Of a DNA stretch of 11,685 bases, positions 1 to 7,178 are shown in pieces. The notes beneath the pieces are model-generated. The model made no database searches, had not been told where the DNA came from, and was given only the letters and a program-made list of their open reading frames with translations. Each line of letters begins with the position of its first letter. Position 1 is the first letter of the stretch. The DNA comes from an uncultured Bdellovibrionales bacterium. Lineage in GTDB: Bacteria > Patescibacteriota > Minisyncoccia > Moranbacterales > UBA1568. The translations under genes were made by a program, and so were the position numbers. The stretch is taken from the NCBI GenBank assembly GCA_964617535.1, contig CAZTYU010000003.1, forward strand, positions 1,186-12,870, read 5' to 3'.

Positions 1-1106
1 GCCGGACCATCGACATGATCGAGGATGCCGCCGAGCGGTTTCGGATAGCCGATCTGCGCCGGGAGCCGCAAGTGACGCTTGGCGAGTTCGACTGCGCCCG
101 GGACGAGTACACCGCCGCCCGTCAGGATGACGCCCGCCGGGAGCAGTGCTTCGCGATTGATGCTTTTCAGTTCGAGGTTTACGTAATGAAAAATCTCTTC
201 GAGCCGCGCCTCGATGATTTCAGACACATGGTGGCGCGAGACTTCGTCGCTCTCCTGCGAGTCGAATTCCGAAAGCGGGATCGCTTCTTTTTTGCCGACT
301 TCCGAAGGAATCGCGTGGCCGTACTGGAGCTTCACCGCTTCGGCCACATCGATCGAGGTACGGAGTCCAATGGCGATGTCGTTCGTGATATGGCTGCCGC
401 CGACGGGGAGCACCGCGAGGTGGAGGAGGTCACCGTCTTCGAAGACGGCGAGCGATGTCGTGTTGGCGCCGATGTTCACGATGACAACGCCGAGTTCTTT
501 CTGTTTGGCCGAGAGAATGGCCTCGGCCGAGGCGAGCGGCTCGGCGATAAAATGATGGGCCGAGATGCCGGCGAGCTCAAGACTGCGGATGAGGTTCTTC
601 AAATGATTGCTCCCCGTCCCGATGACGAGGCTCGAGAGCTCGAGCCGGACGCCTTTCAGGCCAACCGGGTCCTTGATCCCGCCCTGGTCGTCGAGGCGAT
701 AGTGCTGCGGCACGACATGGAGGATTTCTTTGTTCGGTCCGAGGACGGTGCGCGCCTCGGTTTCTTCGACGATCCGGCCGAGATCGTCTTCGGTCACTTC
801 GCCATCGGCTTTGCCGACCGCGATGACACCGACGGCCGAAGTCGCAAACAGGTCAGCACCCGAGACCGAGCACGCGACCGCATCGACGGCGGTGCCGGCC
901 ATCCGTTCAGCCGCTTCGAGCGCGCTGTTGATCGACTTGGCTACTTCTTCCGGTTGGACGACAATGCCGCGCCGGATGCCGACCGACGGGACAGTGCCGA
1001 CGCCGACGACTTTGAGCGGCCCGTCATCATGCGGGAGTTCAGCGATGACCGCGCGAACGGTCGCCGAGCCGATATCAAGTCCGACGGTGTGATGTGATTT
1101 CGCCAT
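1..1106 (-). CDS. ftsA: Cell division protein FtsA, 5' portion (N-terminal ~368 aa); the gene continues past the left window edge
   Basis: The plus ORF 15..1097 contains no TTA/CTA/TCA codons in frame, so its exact reverse-complement frame is also open from 1149 down to the window edge. This explains why the ORF track (which needs an in-window stop) does not list it. Translation from ATG 1106..1104 (alternative ATG 1112..1110) gives M(L)MAKSHHTVGLDIGSATVRAVIAELPHDDGPLKVVGVGTVPS...HVVPQHYRLDDQGGIKDPVGLKGVRLEL...VNIGANTTSLAVF...GGSHITNDIAIGL...GVILTGGG. These are the characteristic FtsA/actin-fold motifs (compare E. coli [26 protein letters not shown]). Codon usage is GC3-rich like the neighbouring genes. 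Confidence 0.8.
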   Translation of the reverse strand, partial: MAKSHHTVGLDIGSATVRAVIAELPHDDGPLKVVGVGTVPSVGIRRGIVVQPEEVAKSINSALEAAERMAGTAVDAVACSVSGADLFATSAVGVIAVGKADGEVTEDDLGRIVEETEARTVLGPNKEILHVVPQHYRLDDQGGIKDPVGLKGVRLELSSLVIGTGSNHLKNLIRSLELAGISAHHFIAEPLASAEAILSAKQKELGVVIVNIGANTTSLAVFEDGDLLHLAVLPVGGSHITNDIAIGLRTSIDVAEAVKLQYGHAIPSEVGKKEAIPLSEFDSQESDEVSRHHVSEIIEARLEEIFHYVNLELKSINREALLPAGVILTGGGVLVPGAVELAKRHLRLPAQIGYPKPLGGILDHVDGP

Positions 1107-1159
1107 AAGCATTGGAAAGCGCCAAAAGAGCGCAGAGCGAGAAAACGCTCATGCGGCTC

Positions 1160-1167
1160 ATTATACA
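1160..1167 (-). promoter_or_regulatory. Extended -10 promoter element (TGTATAAT on the minus strand) upstream of ftsA
   Basis: Minus-strand sequence ...cctTGTATAATGagccgcatgagcgttttctcgctc... lies ~45 nt upstream of the ftsA ATG. It is a perfect TGnTATAAT. No good -35 is present (TGGCAG at 17 nt), which is typical of extended -10 promoters. A short GAGCG-ttttct-CGCTC hairpin lies in the leader. Confidence 0.4.
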
Positions 1168-1192
1168 GGAAGAAAAAGGTGCCTGCCACCAC

Positions 1193-1546
1193 TTAGCGGA
1201 TGGGGAGGTGCGGGAGAAAGATGAGGAGGCCCGCAATGAGTGCGCCCGCGGCCGCGATGAGGACTGAGCCAGCGACGAGGTCCTTGATCACTTTCACGTA
1301 CGGATGGACGCGCGGCTTCATCATGTCGAGCATCCGCTCGAAAGACGTGTTGACGAGTTCGAGCGCGAGAACGACCGAACAGACGATCGCGAGGATGGCC
1401 CGCTCATCAGAGGAAAGCGGCAAATACCAGGCAAAAAAGGCGATAGCGAGGGCGACCGCGACTTCGAAATGGAAATTGCGTTCCTCGCGGATCGCATAGG
1501 CGATGCCAGAAAACGCGTGGCGGAAACTGCGGAAAAACTTGCGCAT
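1193..1546 (-). CDS. dgkA: Diacylglycerol kinase / undecaprenol kinase family small membrane protein (DgkA-like, 117 aa)
   Basis: ORF-track ORF. Three hydrophobic helices and a conserved ...AILAIVCSVVLALELVNTSFERMLD... segment resembling the DgkA EXXNSAIE region. Position directly downstream of ybeY mirrors the ybeY-dgkA arrangement of Firmicutes. Confidence 0.75.
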   Translation of the reverse strand: MRKFFRSFRHAFSGIAYAIREERNFHFEVAVALAIAFFAWYLPLSSDERAILAIVCSVVLALELVNTSFERMLDMMKPRVHPYVKVIKDLVAGSVLIAAAGALIAGLLIFLPHLPIR

Positions 1547-1553
1547 GATAGGT

Positions 1554-2027
1554 CTATTTGTCTTTGGGAGAAACCGGGGCGAGCGCGTCAGTCACGTCGT
1601 CCTGGATCCGGAACATCCGCTCCTCATGGTCGAAACCGACCAGATGGAGCACGCCGTGAGAAAACACATAGGTGAACTCGCGCTTCCATGATACACCATC
1701 CTCGTCCGCTGAACGAGCGATGAAATCCGGCGAAAGCACGATCTGTCCGAGGTCGATCGGGCCAGCAGGTGCGGCCGAAATAGCCGAGAGTCCTTCGAAA
1801 TGTCCGAACGAGAGGATATCGGTCGGCTTCGATTTCCGCCGATAGTCGCCGTTGAGTTTCGCGATCTCGGCATCGGAAACGCAGGCTACGTCGAGCATAA
1901 CGGTGCGCCGGTCATCGAAGACCGATGGAAACGAACGAGTGAGCGTCTCGCGGATAATGCTCCGAAGAAAAACAAAAGAAAGCCCGCGTAGGGCTTCCTC
2001 TCCCCGGAGAGTCATCCGGATCCGCAT
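1554..2027 (-). CDS. ybeY: Endoribonuclease YbeY (rRNA maturation factor)
   Basis: Contains ...KPTDILSFGHFEG... and the zinc-binding H-x3-H-x5-H motif HGVLHLVGFDHEE. The ORF-track start (2081) overlaps yqeY by 53 nt. The in-frame ATG at 2027..2025 (MRIRMTLRGEE) sits 1 nt after the yqeY stop (TAGtATG) and is the more plausible start. ATG 2015 is an alternative. Confidence 0.85.
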   Translation of the reverse strand: MRIRMTLRGEEALRGLSFVFLRSIIRETLTRSFPSVFDDRRTVMLDVACVSDAEIAKLNGDYRRKSKPTDILSFGHFEGLSAISAAPAGPIDLGQIVLSPDFIARSADEDGVSWKREFTYVFSHGVLHLVGFDHEERMFRIQDDVTDALAPVSPKDK

Positions 2028-2028
2028 A

Positions 2029-2481
2029 CTATTTGAGCCGGGCGCTGACGAGTTCGCGCACGAGATTGCCGTCGGCTGCACCGGCGGTTTCTTTCATGAC
2101 GGCGCCCATGACGCGGCCCATGTCCTTGGCGGTCGCATCCGGCATAGTAGCGAGCACTTTGTCCACCGCAGCAGTGACCGCTTCGGACGAGAGTTGCGCC
2201 GGGAGGTACGCCTCGATGAAGACGAGCTCAGCCTGCTCTTTCTCGACGAGATCGGCGCGGCCTGCTGCTTCATACTGAGCGATGCTGTCCTTCCGCTGCT
2301 TCACGAGTTTCTTGGCGACGGCTTCGACTTCGGCATCGGTGAACTCGGCCACCGGCTTCCGGGCTTCGATCGCCGCATTTTTGAGCGCACTCTGGAAGAA
2401 ACGGAGCGTGTCGCGCTTCACGGTTTCCCCGGCTTTCATGGCGGCCTTCAGTTCATCGCCGATTTTTGTGACAAGAGCCAT
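2029..2481 (-). CDS. yqeY: GatB/YqeY domain protein
   Basis: 150 aa. Typical YqeY layout: N-terminal helical part, ...QRKDSIAQYEAAGRADLVEKEQAELVFIEAYLP... and C-terminal ...DMGRVMGAVMKETAGAADGNLVRELVSARL. Sits downstream of rpsU as in Bacillus. Confidence 0.85.
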   Translation of the reverse strand: MALVTKIGDELKAAMKAGETVKRDTLRFFQSALKNAAIEARKPVAEFTDAEVEAVAKKLVKQRKDSIAQYEAAGRADLVEKEQAELVFIEAYLPAQLSSEAVTAAVDKVLATMPDATAKDMGRVMGAVMKETAGAADGNLVRELVSARLK

Positions 2482-2525
2482 AGGCTTCTTTGGTATAAAA
2501 AATTTCTCCTTTGCGGATCACCTAT

Positions 2526-2566
2526 CCGTTTCGGCGAGCCGCCACTGTGGCGGCCCACCAAACGGA
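2526..2566 (-). promoter_or_regulatory. Perfect nested inverted repeat CCGTTT..GCCGCCAC-t-GTGGCGGC..AAACGG in the rpsU-yqeY intergenic RNA
   Basis: Read directly from the sequence. It has a 6-bp outer and 8-bp inner GC-rich complementary arm. It lies ~10 nt after the rpsU stop and is not followed by a U-tract, so it is not a canonical intrinsic terminator. It may be a processing/stability or attenuation hairpin. Confidence 0.4.
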
Positions 2567-2574
2567 ACATTCAC

Positions 2575-2826
2575 TTAGCGAATCTTCTTCTTGATGTCGC
2601 GAAGTGCTTCATCATCGAAGCGACCGAGCTTCTTCAAGCGGTTGATTTCCTTGCGGATCTTCACTTTATAGAGGGCCTCGGTGCGGCGCTTCGGACGGCT
2701 CTGCTCTTCCTCGCGGAAGCGCAGTTTGCGGACGCGCTTTAGGACGCCGGACTGCTGGACGCGCCGCGAAAAACGCCGGATGAGCGCTTCGGCGGTTTCC
2801 TTCTCTTTTCGTTCAATGTAGATCAT
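2575..2826 (-). CDS. rpsU: 30S ribosomal protein S21
   Basis: MIYIERKEKETAEALIRRFSRRVQQSGVLKRVRKLRFREE...RRTEALYKVKIRK... is the S21 family. The ORF-track start at 2853 is a TTG. ATG 2826..2824 is preceded by AAGGAGG at 5-nt spacing (gacagAAAGGAGGtcgctATG), so the start is set there. Confidence 0.85.
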   Translation of the reverse strand: MIYIERKEKETAEALIRRFSRRVQQSGVLKRVRKLRFREEEQSRPKRRTEALYKVKIRKEINRLKKLGRFDDEALRDIKKKIR

Positions 2827-2991
2827 AGCGACCTCCTTTCTGTCGTTACGCAATTTTCCCCTTAACTCTTCTGAGGACTTGCGTGTTTGGTGCAGTTCGA
2901 GGCGCAGCCGAAGCGCGGAGCAAGCTGTATTTCACATACAGCGGCGAGCACTAGAGGCTGCAACGAAGAAATGTGCCAGACACGAAAGTTC

Positions 2992-3339
2992 TCAAACGGG
3001 GTGGATGTTTTCCGAGAGCTTTGCCCCGCCAAGGAGGTGGAGGTGGAGATGCGGCACCTCCTGTCCCCCACCCTTCCCGACGCGAATGAGCAGCTTATAC
3101 CCTTTTTCCGAAATCTTCAAGTCTCGGGCGAGATCCCGGGCGACCCGGAACATGTTCCCCACGATCCGCTCGTCCCCGTCCTCCATCTCGGCAATCGACG
3201 GGATCAGCTTCTTCGGAACGATGAGGACATGAACCGGCGCGATTGGCGCGATATCGTCGAATGCCATGACTTCATCATCCTCGTAGCGGAACACCTTGGG
3301 GATTTCGCGGTCGCGGATTTTCTCGAAGACCGTCTTCAT
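2992..3339 (-). CDS. HIT-family (histidine triad) nucleotide hydrolase/transferase, Hint-like
   Basis: 115 aa with the histidine triad HLHLHLL near the C-terminus and the typical ...DIAPIAPVHVLIVPKK... core. Its SD (AAGGAG) is formed by the last codons of hisS (CAC AAG GAG TAG ct ATG). Confidence 0.85.
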   Translation of the reverse strand: MKTVFEKIRDREIPKVFRYEDDEVMAFDDIAPIAPVHVLIVPKKLIPSIAEMEDGDERIVGNMFRVARDLARDLKISEKGYKLLIRVGKGGGQEVPHLHLHLLGGAKLSENIHPV

Positions 3340-3341
3340 AG

Positions 3342-4865
3342 CTACTCCTTGTGTTTGGCGTGATCACGCTTTTCTTTCTCGAGGCGCTCCTTCTCCTCTT
3401 CTTCCTCGTCATCCTCGTCCGGCTTCGGGAGCGGGATGCCGTTCGGACCCATGAGCGCGGTGTTTGCCTTCAGGATCTTCTTGGCGGCATCGACGAGCTT
3501 GTCCTGGATGACCGTCTCCTGCGTGCCGGACACCATATCCTTCACGATCGCCGTACCGTCGAGCGCTTCTTTCTGCCCGATGATGATGGTCACCTCGACG
3601 CCGAGGCGGTTCGCGACACGGAGCTGGCTTTTCAGCGTACCGCGACCGAACGATTCTGCGATGAGGATACCATTTTTCTCGAGGTCGGCGAAGAGCCGGA
3701 GCGATTTCTTTTTCGCCATGTCACCGAGCTGAGCGAGAAAAACGCGCGGCTTCGGCTCGACATACGGCTTCACCTGGGTCCGCTTCATCTCGAGGATGAT
3801 GCGATCGAGGCCGAGACCGAAACCGATGGCCGGGGTCGGTTCGCCGCCGAGCGACTGGACGAGCCGGTCATAGCGACCGCCGCCGCCGAGGGAGTAGGCC
3901 CGGCCCTCTTTGTCCGTTGATCGGATCTCGAAGACCGTGCGGGTGTAGTAGTCGAGGCCGCGGACGAGCCGGGTGTTGATCGTGTACGGGAGTTCGAGCT
4001 CGTCGAGGTATTCGAGCAGGCGCTTGAAGTGATCGCGCGATTCCTGATCGAGGTAGTCGAGGGACTGCGGCGCGTGCGTCGTGATTTGGATGCACTTCTC
4101 TTCCTTGCAGTCGAGGATGCGCATCGGATTCGTCGCGAGCCGCTCCTTGCAGTTCTGGCAGAGGCGGTGTTTCTGGCTCTCCAAGTAGCGGACGAGGACT
4201 TTCTCGTAGTCACGGCGCGATTCGGGCGTACCGATGGAATTCACCTGGAATTCGATGTTCTTCAGCCCCAGGTCACGAACAACACGGAACGCGAGCTGGA
4301 TCACCTGGGCGTCGAGGATCGGATCTTCTTCACCAAAGACGTCGAAATTGGCCTGCCAGAATTCGCGGTAGCGGCCTTCCTGCGGACGATCATAGCGGTA
4401 GACCGGACCCATGGAGAACAGCTTGATCGGCTTCGAGAGCACCCCCATGCCATGCTGGATATACGCGCGGACGACGCCAGCGGTGAATTCCGGCCGGAGG
4501 GCGACGCGATCCCCGCCGCGGGTGTTGAAAACATACATTTCCTTGTCGATGATGTCCGTCCCTTCGCCGACCGAGCGAGTGAAGAGGTGAGCGTACTCGA
4601 CGAGCGGCGTATCGATGCGGCGATAGCCGTACTCGAGCTGCGCGTGCGAAAGGATGCGGCGAACCCGCTCCCAATACGGCTGCTCATCCGGGAGGATGTC
4701 GCGCATGCCGCGAAGCGCCTGGAGGAGGATCTCCTCCTGCATGAGGGCGGGCGCAGCCGGAGCCGGCTTGGCGGCCTTTTTCGCAGCCGGAGCCTTCTTC
4801 GGAGCGGCTTTCTTGGCGGCTGGGGCTTTCTTCTCGGTTTCCTTCTTCTTCGTCGTCTTGGCCAT
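3342..4865 (-). CDS. hisS: Histidine--tRNA ligase (class II aaRS) carrying a ~40-aa Lys/Ala/Pro-rich N-terminal extension and an acidic C-terminal tail
   Basis: Contains ...ALRGMRDILPDE... (motif 1 region), the HisRS-type anticodon-binding domain, and ...LGGGGRYDRLV... (motif 3, GGGRYD). Overall length and order match HisRS. The N-terminus MAKTTKKKETEKKAPAAKKAAPKKAPAAKKAAKPAPAAP precedes a canonical start-like MQEEILLQALRGM. The C-terminus ends ...KPDEDDEEEEEKERLEKEKRDHAKHKE. Confidence 0.9.
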   Translation of the reverse strand: MAKTTKKKETEKKAPAAKKAAPKKAPAAKKAAKPAPAAPALMQEEILLQALRGMRDILPDEQPYWERVRRILSHAQLEYGYRRIDTPLVEYAHLFTRSVGEGTDIIDKEMYVFNTRGGDRVALRPEFTAGVVRAYIQHGMGVLSKPIKLFSMGPVYRYDRPQEGRYREFWQANFDVFGEEDPILDAQVIQLAFRVVRDLGLKNIEFQVNSIGTPESRRDYEKVLVRYLESQKHRLCQNCKERLATNPMRILDCKEEKCIQITTHAPQSLDYLDQESRDHFKRLLEYLDELELPYTINTRLVRGLDYYTRTVFEIRSTDKEGRAYSLGGGGRYDRLVQSLGGEPTPAIGFGLGLDRIILEMKRTQVKPYVEPKPRVFLAQLGDMAKKKSLRLFADLEKNGILIAESFGRGTLKSQLRVANRLGVEVTIIIGQKEALDGTAIVKDMVSGTQETVIQDKLVDAAKKILKANTALMGPNGIPLPKPDEDDEEEEEKERLEKEKRDHAKHKE

Positions 4866-4895
4866 ATGCGTGGCGTTAAGAAATAGTTTCCAAAA

Positions 4896-5588
4896 TTAGT
4901 AGAGTGTCATCTCGGTGACCGGCCAGGCCCGGAGGAGCACCCGTCCGATAATCGCGGTCTTCTTCACGGGGCCGAAAGCACGCGAGTCATAGCTGAACGC
5001 CCGATTGTCTCCCATCACGAAATACTCGTCATCCGCCACTTTCGTCTTGGGGAGATCCGAAGTCTTCACTGCCGGATCGAGATACACGCTCTCATCAAGT
5101 ACATAGCCTTGATGATGGACGTCGTTGTAGATGTACACCTTGCCGCCCTTGATTTCGACGCTCTCGCCCGGGAGACCGATCACGCGCTTGATGAAGAACT
5201 GCTTCGGATCGCGCGGGAAACGGAAGACGACCGGCTCCTGACGCGACAGCTCGCGGAACGGATTCACATCGACATTCGCGAGTGGGATTCGCGTATGCTT
5301 GAGTCCGAATTCGCTGATGACGAGATACTCCCCGTCATCAAAGTTCGGCTCCATGGACGAACCCTGGACAAAGAACGGTTGGAACAAAAAAGCTCGAATC
5401 GGTATAATGACGACCGCAGCGAGGACGAGGATTTTCACCATCTCGAGGAGGAGCGCTCCGGTTGAGAGATACTCTTCGTCCGGTTCGACCGGAGCCGGTG
5501 CGTGCGATGCGGACTGGTTTTCCACCATAGGAAATTCAAAGGGCTTTTTAGTGGCTGGCGCAATAAAACAACCCGATTGTACCACCAT
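4896..5588 (-). CDS. lepB: Signal peptidase I (LepB family)
   Basis: Catalytic Ser box ...FFVQGSSMEPNF..., Lys box ...KQFFIKRVIGLPGE..., and ...YFVMGDNRAFSYDSRAFGPV... are the SPase I conserved boxes. A single N-terminal TM is present (LVLAAVVIIPI). The start is uncertain: ATG 5588 (no SD) or the in-frame ATG 5528 (MVENQ...). Confidence 0.85.
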   Translation of the reverse strand: MVVQSGCFIAPATKKPFEFPMVENQSASHAPAPVEPDEEYLSTGALLLEMVKILVLAAVVIIPIRAFLFQPFFVQGSSMEPNFDDGEYLVISEFGLKHTRIPLANVDVNPFRELSRQEPVVFRFPRDPKQFFIKRVIGLPGESVEIKGGKVYIYNDVHHQGYVLDESVYLDPAVKTSDLPKTKVADDEYFVMGDNRAFSYDSRAFGPVKKTAIIGRVLLRAWPVTEMTLY

Positions 5589-5631
5589 TTCGACGCGATT
5601 TCAAGAGTGAATAATGGCTTAGCTAAAGGAA

Positions 5632-7173
5632 ATGGAGCAAAACCCGTACGAAACTGAGGCGGGACACCCCCGATCGAGAAGCTTCTCGCTCGGCGCGGCT
5701 CCCGTCAGCACCATGGCCCAGCCGAAACGGCGGACACGGCGGCTCTTTCTGCCGCTTACCTCGCTTGTTCTCATCCTCTTCGGCATCCTCGGCGGCGCCT
5801 CGCTCATGATAGGTGTCCGCTTCACGCAGTCTCTTCATTTCGAAAACCGCGAACTGTCATTTTTCTCGGGACTCCGCATCCTAGGTGATTCGTTTCTCGG
5901 TACCGGCGGCACGCTCGAAGGTGAAAAAAATGGCCGGGTAAACATCCTCCTTTTGGGACGGGCCGGCGAGAAATATCCTGGCCGCAACCTGACCGACACC
6001 GTCATGCTCCTCTCGCTCGATACCGAAAAGAAACGCGTCGGTCTCCTCTCGCTCCCTCGTGACCTCTTTGCGCCGATCCCCGGAACCGGGCTTTCCACCA
6101 AACTCAATTCGCTCTACCAGATCGGACTGAATGAAAATGTCGGCACCGAGATCCTCCGCGAGAGCGTGGCCGAAATCACCGGGCAGCCGATCCACTACTA
6201 TGCGATGATCGACTTTGACGGCTTCGAGCGGATGATCGACGCGCTCGGCGGCATCCAGGTCGAAGTCATGCGCGATATCTATGATCCCCGCTATCCCGGC
6301 AAGAACTACAGCTATGAGACGTTCGAACTCAAAAAAGGCTGGCAGAGACTCGATGGCAAAACCGCGCTGAAATATGCGCGCGAGCGGCACGATGATCCCG
6401 AGGGCGACTTCGGCCGCACGAAACGGCAGCAGCAGATCATGCAGGCGGTGCGCGAGAGGGCTTGGTCCATCCCGACGTTCCTGAATCCCTTCGCGCTCTC
6501 CGGCTTTCTCGAAAGCCTCGGCGAGAGCGTTACGACCGACGTCCCGCCGGAGCGCCTCGGACGTTTCATCGAACTCGCTCGTTCCCTCGACACAAAGAAC
6601 GTCTCGACGATCGTCATCGACGCCTGGAAGAAAGAGAGTTTGCTCCGCGTGTCCCACGTCGAGTCGGGCGGTGTTCGCGCGTTTATCCTCGTTCCGCGGA
6701 GCGGCACTTGGGGCGAGATCCGAGAGAGCGCCGAGCACCTGTTTGAGGCAAATGCTCGGGAGACGAAAACCGAAGCGATGAAACGAGAGGCTGCGAGCAT
6801 CCTCGTCCTCGCCGCTCCCCGCTACCGCGCCAATGCCGAAGCCCTCGTCAGTGATATCCGCGAAACCTTTCCGATCGCTTCGGTGAAGCTCCAGAGTGAC
6901 GGCGGTTTGGACAGCGTGACCGAAGCCGCTATGATACAGGACAAGAGCGGGGTCCGTGCGCCCTATACCCTCGATACGCTCATCGCCCGGTACGGCCTCT
7001 CGGTCGGCGACATCCGCGGAGCAGCCGCCCTCACTCGTGACGACATTGATCTCGTCATCCTGTATAACCAAAGCGGTCCGATTCTTCCGACACTCGACCG
7101 TGCCGACGCACCGATCGGCGAAACCGACTTCCAAGAGCCGCTCGCTCCGCAGAAGAATCCCTATACCCGCTAG
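5632..7173 (+). CDS. LytR-CpsA-Psr (LCP) family cell-envelope glycopolymer transferase with a C-terminal LytR_C-like domain
   Basis: N-terminal TM (LFLPLTSLVLILFGILGGASLMI), then ...NILLLGRAGEKYPGRNLTDTVMLLSLDTEKKRVGLLSLPRD...YYAMIDFDGFERMIDALGGIQVEV...DGKTALKYARERH...GDFGRTKRQQQIMQAV.... These are the LCP catalytic-domain motifs. An alternative start is ATG 5713 (MAQPKRRTRR + TM). Confidence 0.85.
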   Translation: MEQNPYETEAGHPRSRSFSLGAAPVSTMAQPKRRTRRLFLPLTSLVLILFGILGGASLMIGVRFTQSLHFENRELSFFSGLRILGDSFLGTGGTLEGEKNGRVNILLLGRAGEKYPGRNLTDTVMLLSLDTEKKRVGLLSLPRDLFAPIPGTGLSTKLNSLYQIGLNENVGTEILRESVAEITGQPIHYYAMIDFDGFERMIDALGGIQVEVMRDIYDPRYPGKNYSYETFELKKGWQRLDGKTALKYARERHDDPEGDFGRTKRQQQIMQAVRERAWSIPTFLNPFALSGFLESLGESVTTDVPPERLGRFIELARSLDTKNVSTIVIDAWKKESLLRVSHVESGGVRAFILVPRSGTWGEIRESAEHLFEANARETKTEAMKREAASILVLAAPRYRANAEALVSDIRETFPIASVKLQSDGGLDSVTEAAMIQDKSGVRAPYTLDTLIARYGLSVGDIRGAAALTRDDIDLVILYNQSGPILPTLDRADAPIGETDFQEPLAPQKNPYTR

Positions 7174-7178
7174 CACAC

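Noticed and set aside
15-1097. 360-aa plus-strand ORF (MIEDAAERFRIADL..., rich in D/R/E/F)
   Set aside because: It is the exact antisense frame of ftsA. Its composition is typical of a GC3-gene shadow ORF, it has no recognisable motifs, and the complementary frame gives an unmistakable FtsA.
941-1192. 83-aa minus ORF overlapping the ftsA start
   Set aside because: It is in a different frame from the FtsA reading frame and has a Ser/Arg-rich low-complexity translation.
1852-2742. 296-aa plus-strand ORF spanning ybeY, yqeY and rpsU
   Set aside because: It runs antisense across three well-supported minus-strand genes and their junctions, so it cannot be a real gene. It is a GC3 shadow.
2888-2912. 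tRNA-like T-loop motif GTTCGAG in the hit-rpsU spacer
   Set aside because: Flanking bases do not form a T-stem, and no acceptor, D or anticodon arms could be built, so it is not a tRNA.
2854-2963. Candidate rpsU promoter TTGCAG ... TATGTG on the minus strand
   Set aside because: The spacer is 19 nt for the better -10, and the alternative with a 17-nt spacer has a poor hexamer. Only the leader is reported, as a finding.
3351-4886. Plus-strand ORFs 3351..3920 and 4029..4886 overlapping hisS
   Set aside because: These are antisense shadows of hisS (D/R/E/L-rich, no start context).
5881-7176. 431-aa minus-strand ORF opposite the LCP gene
   Set aside because: It is the antisense shadow of the LCP gene. 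It has D/R/E/G-rich low-complexity translation and no SD, and the plus frame carries all LCP motifs.
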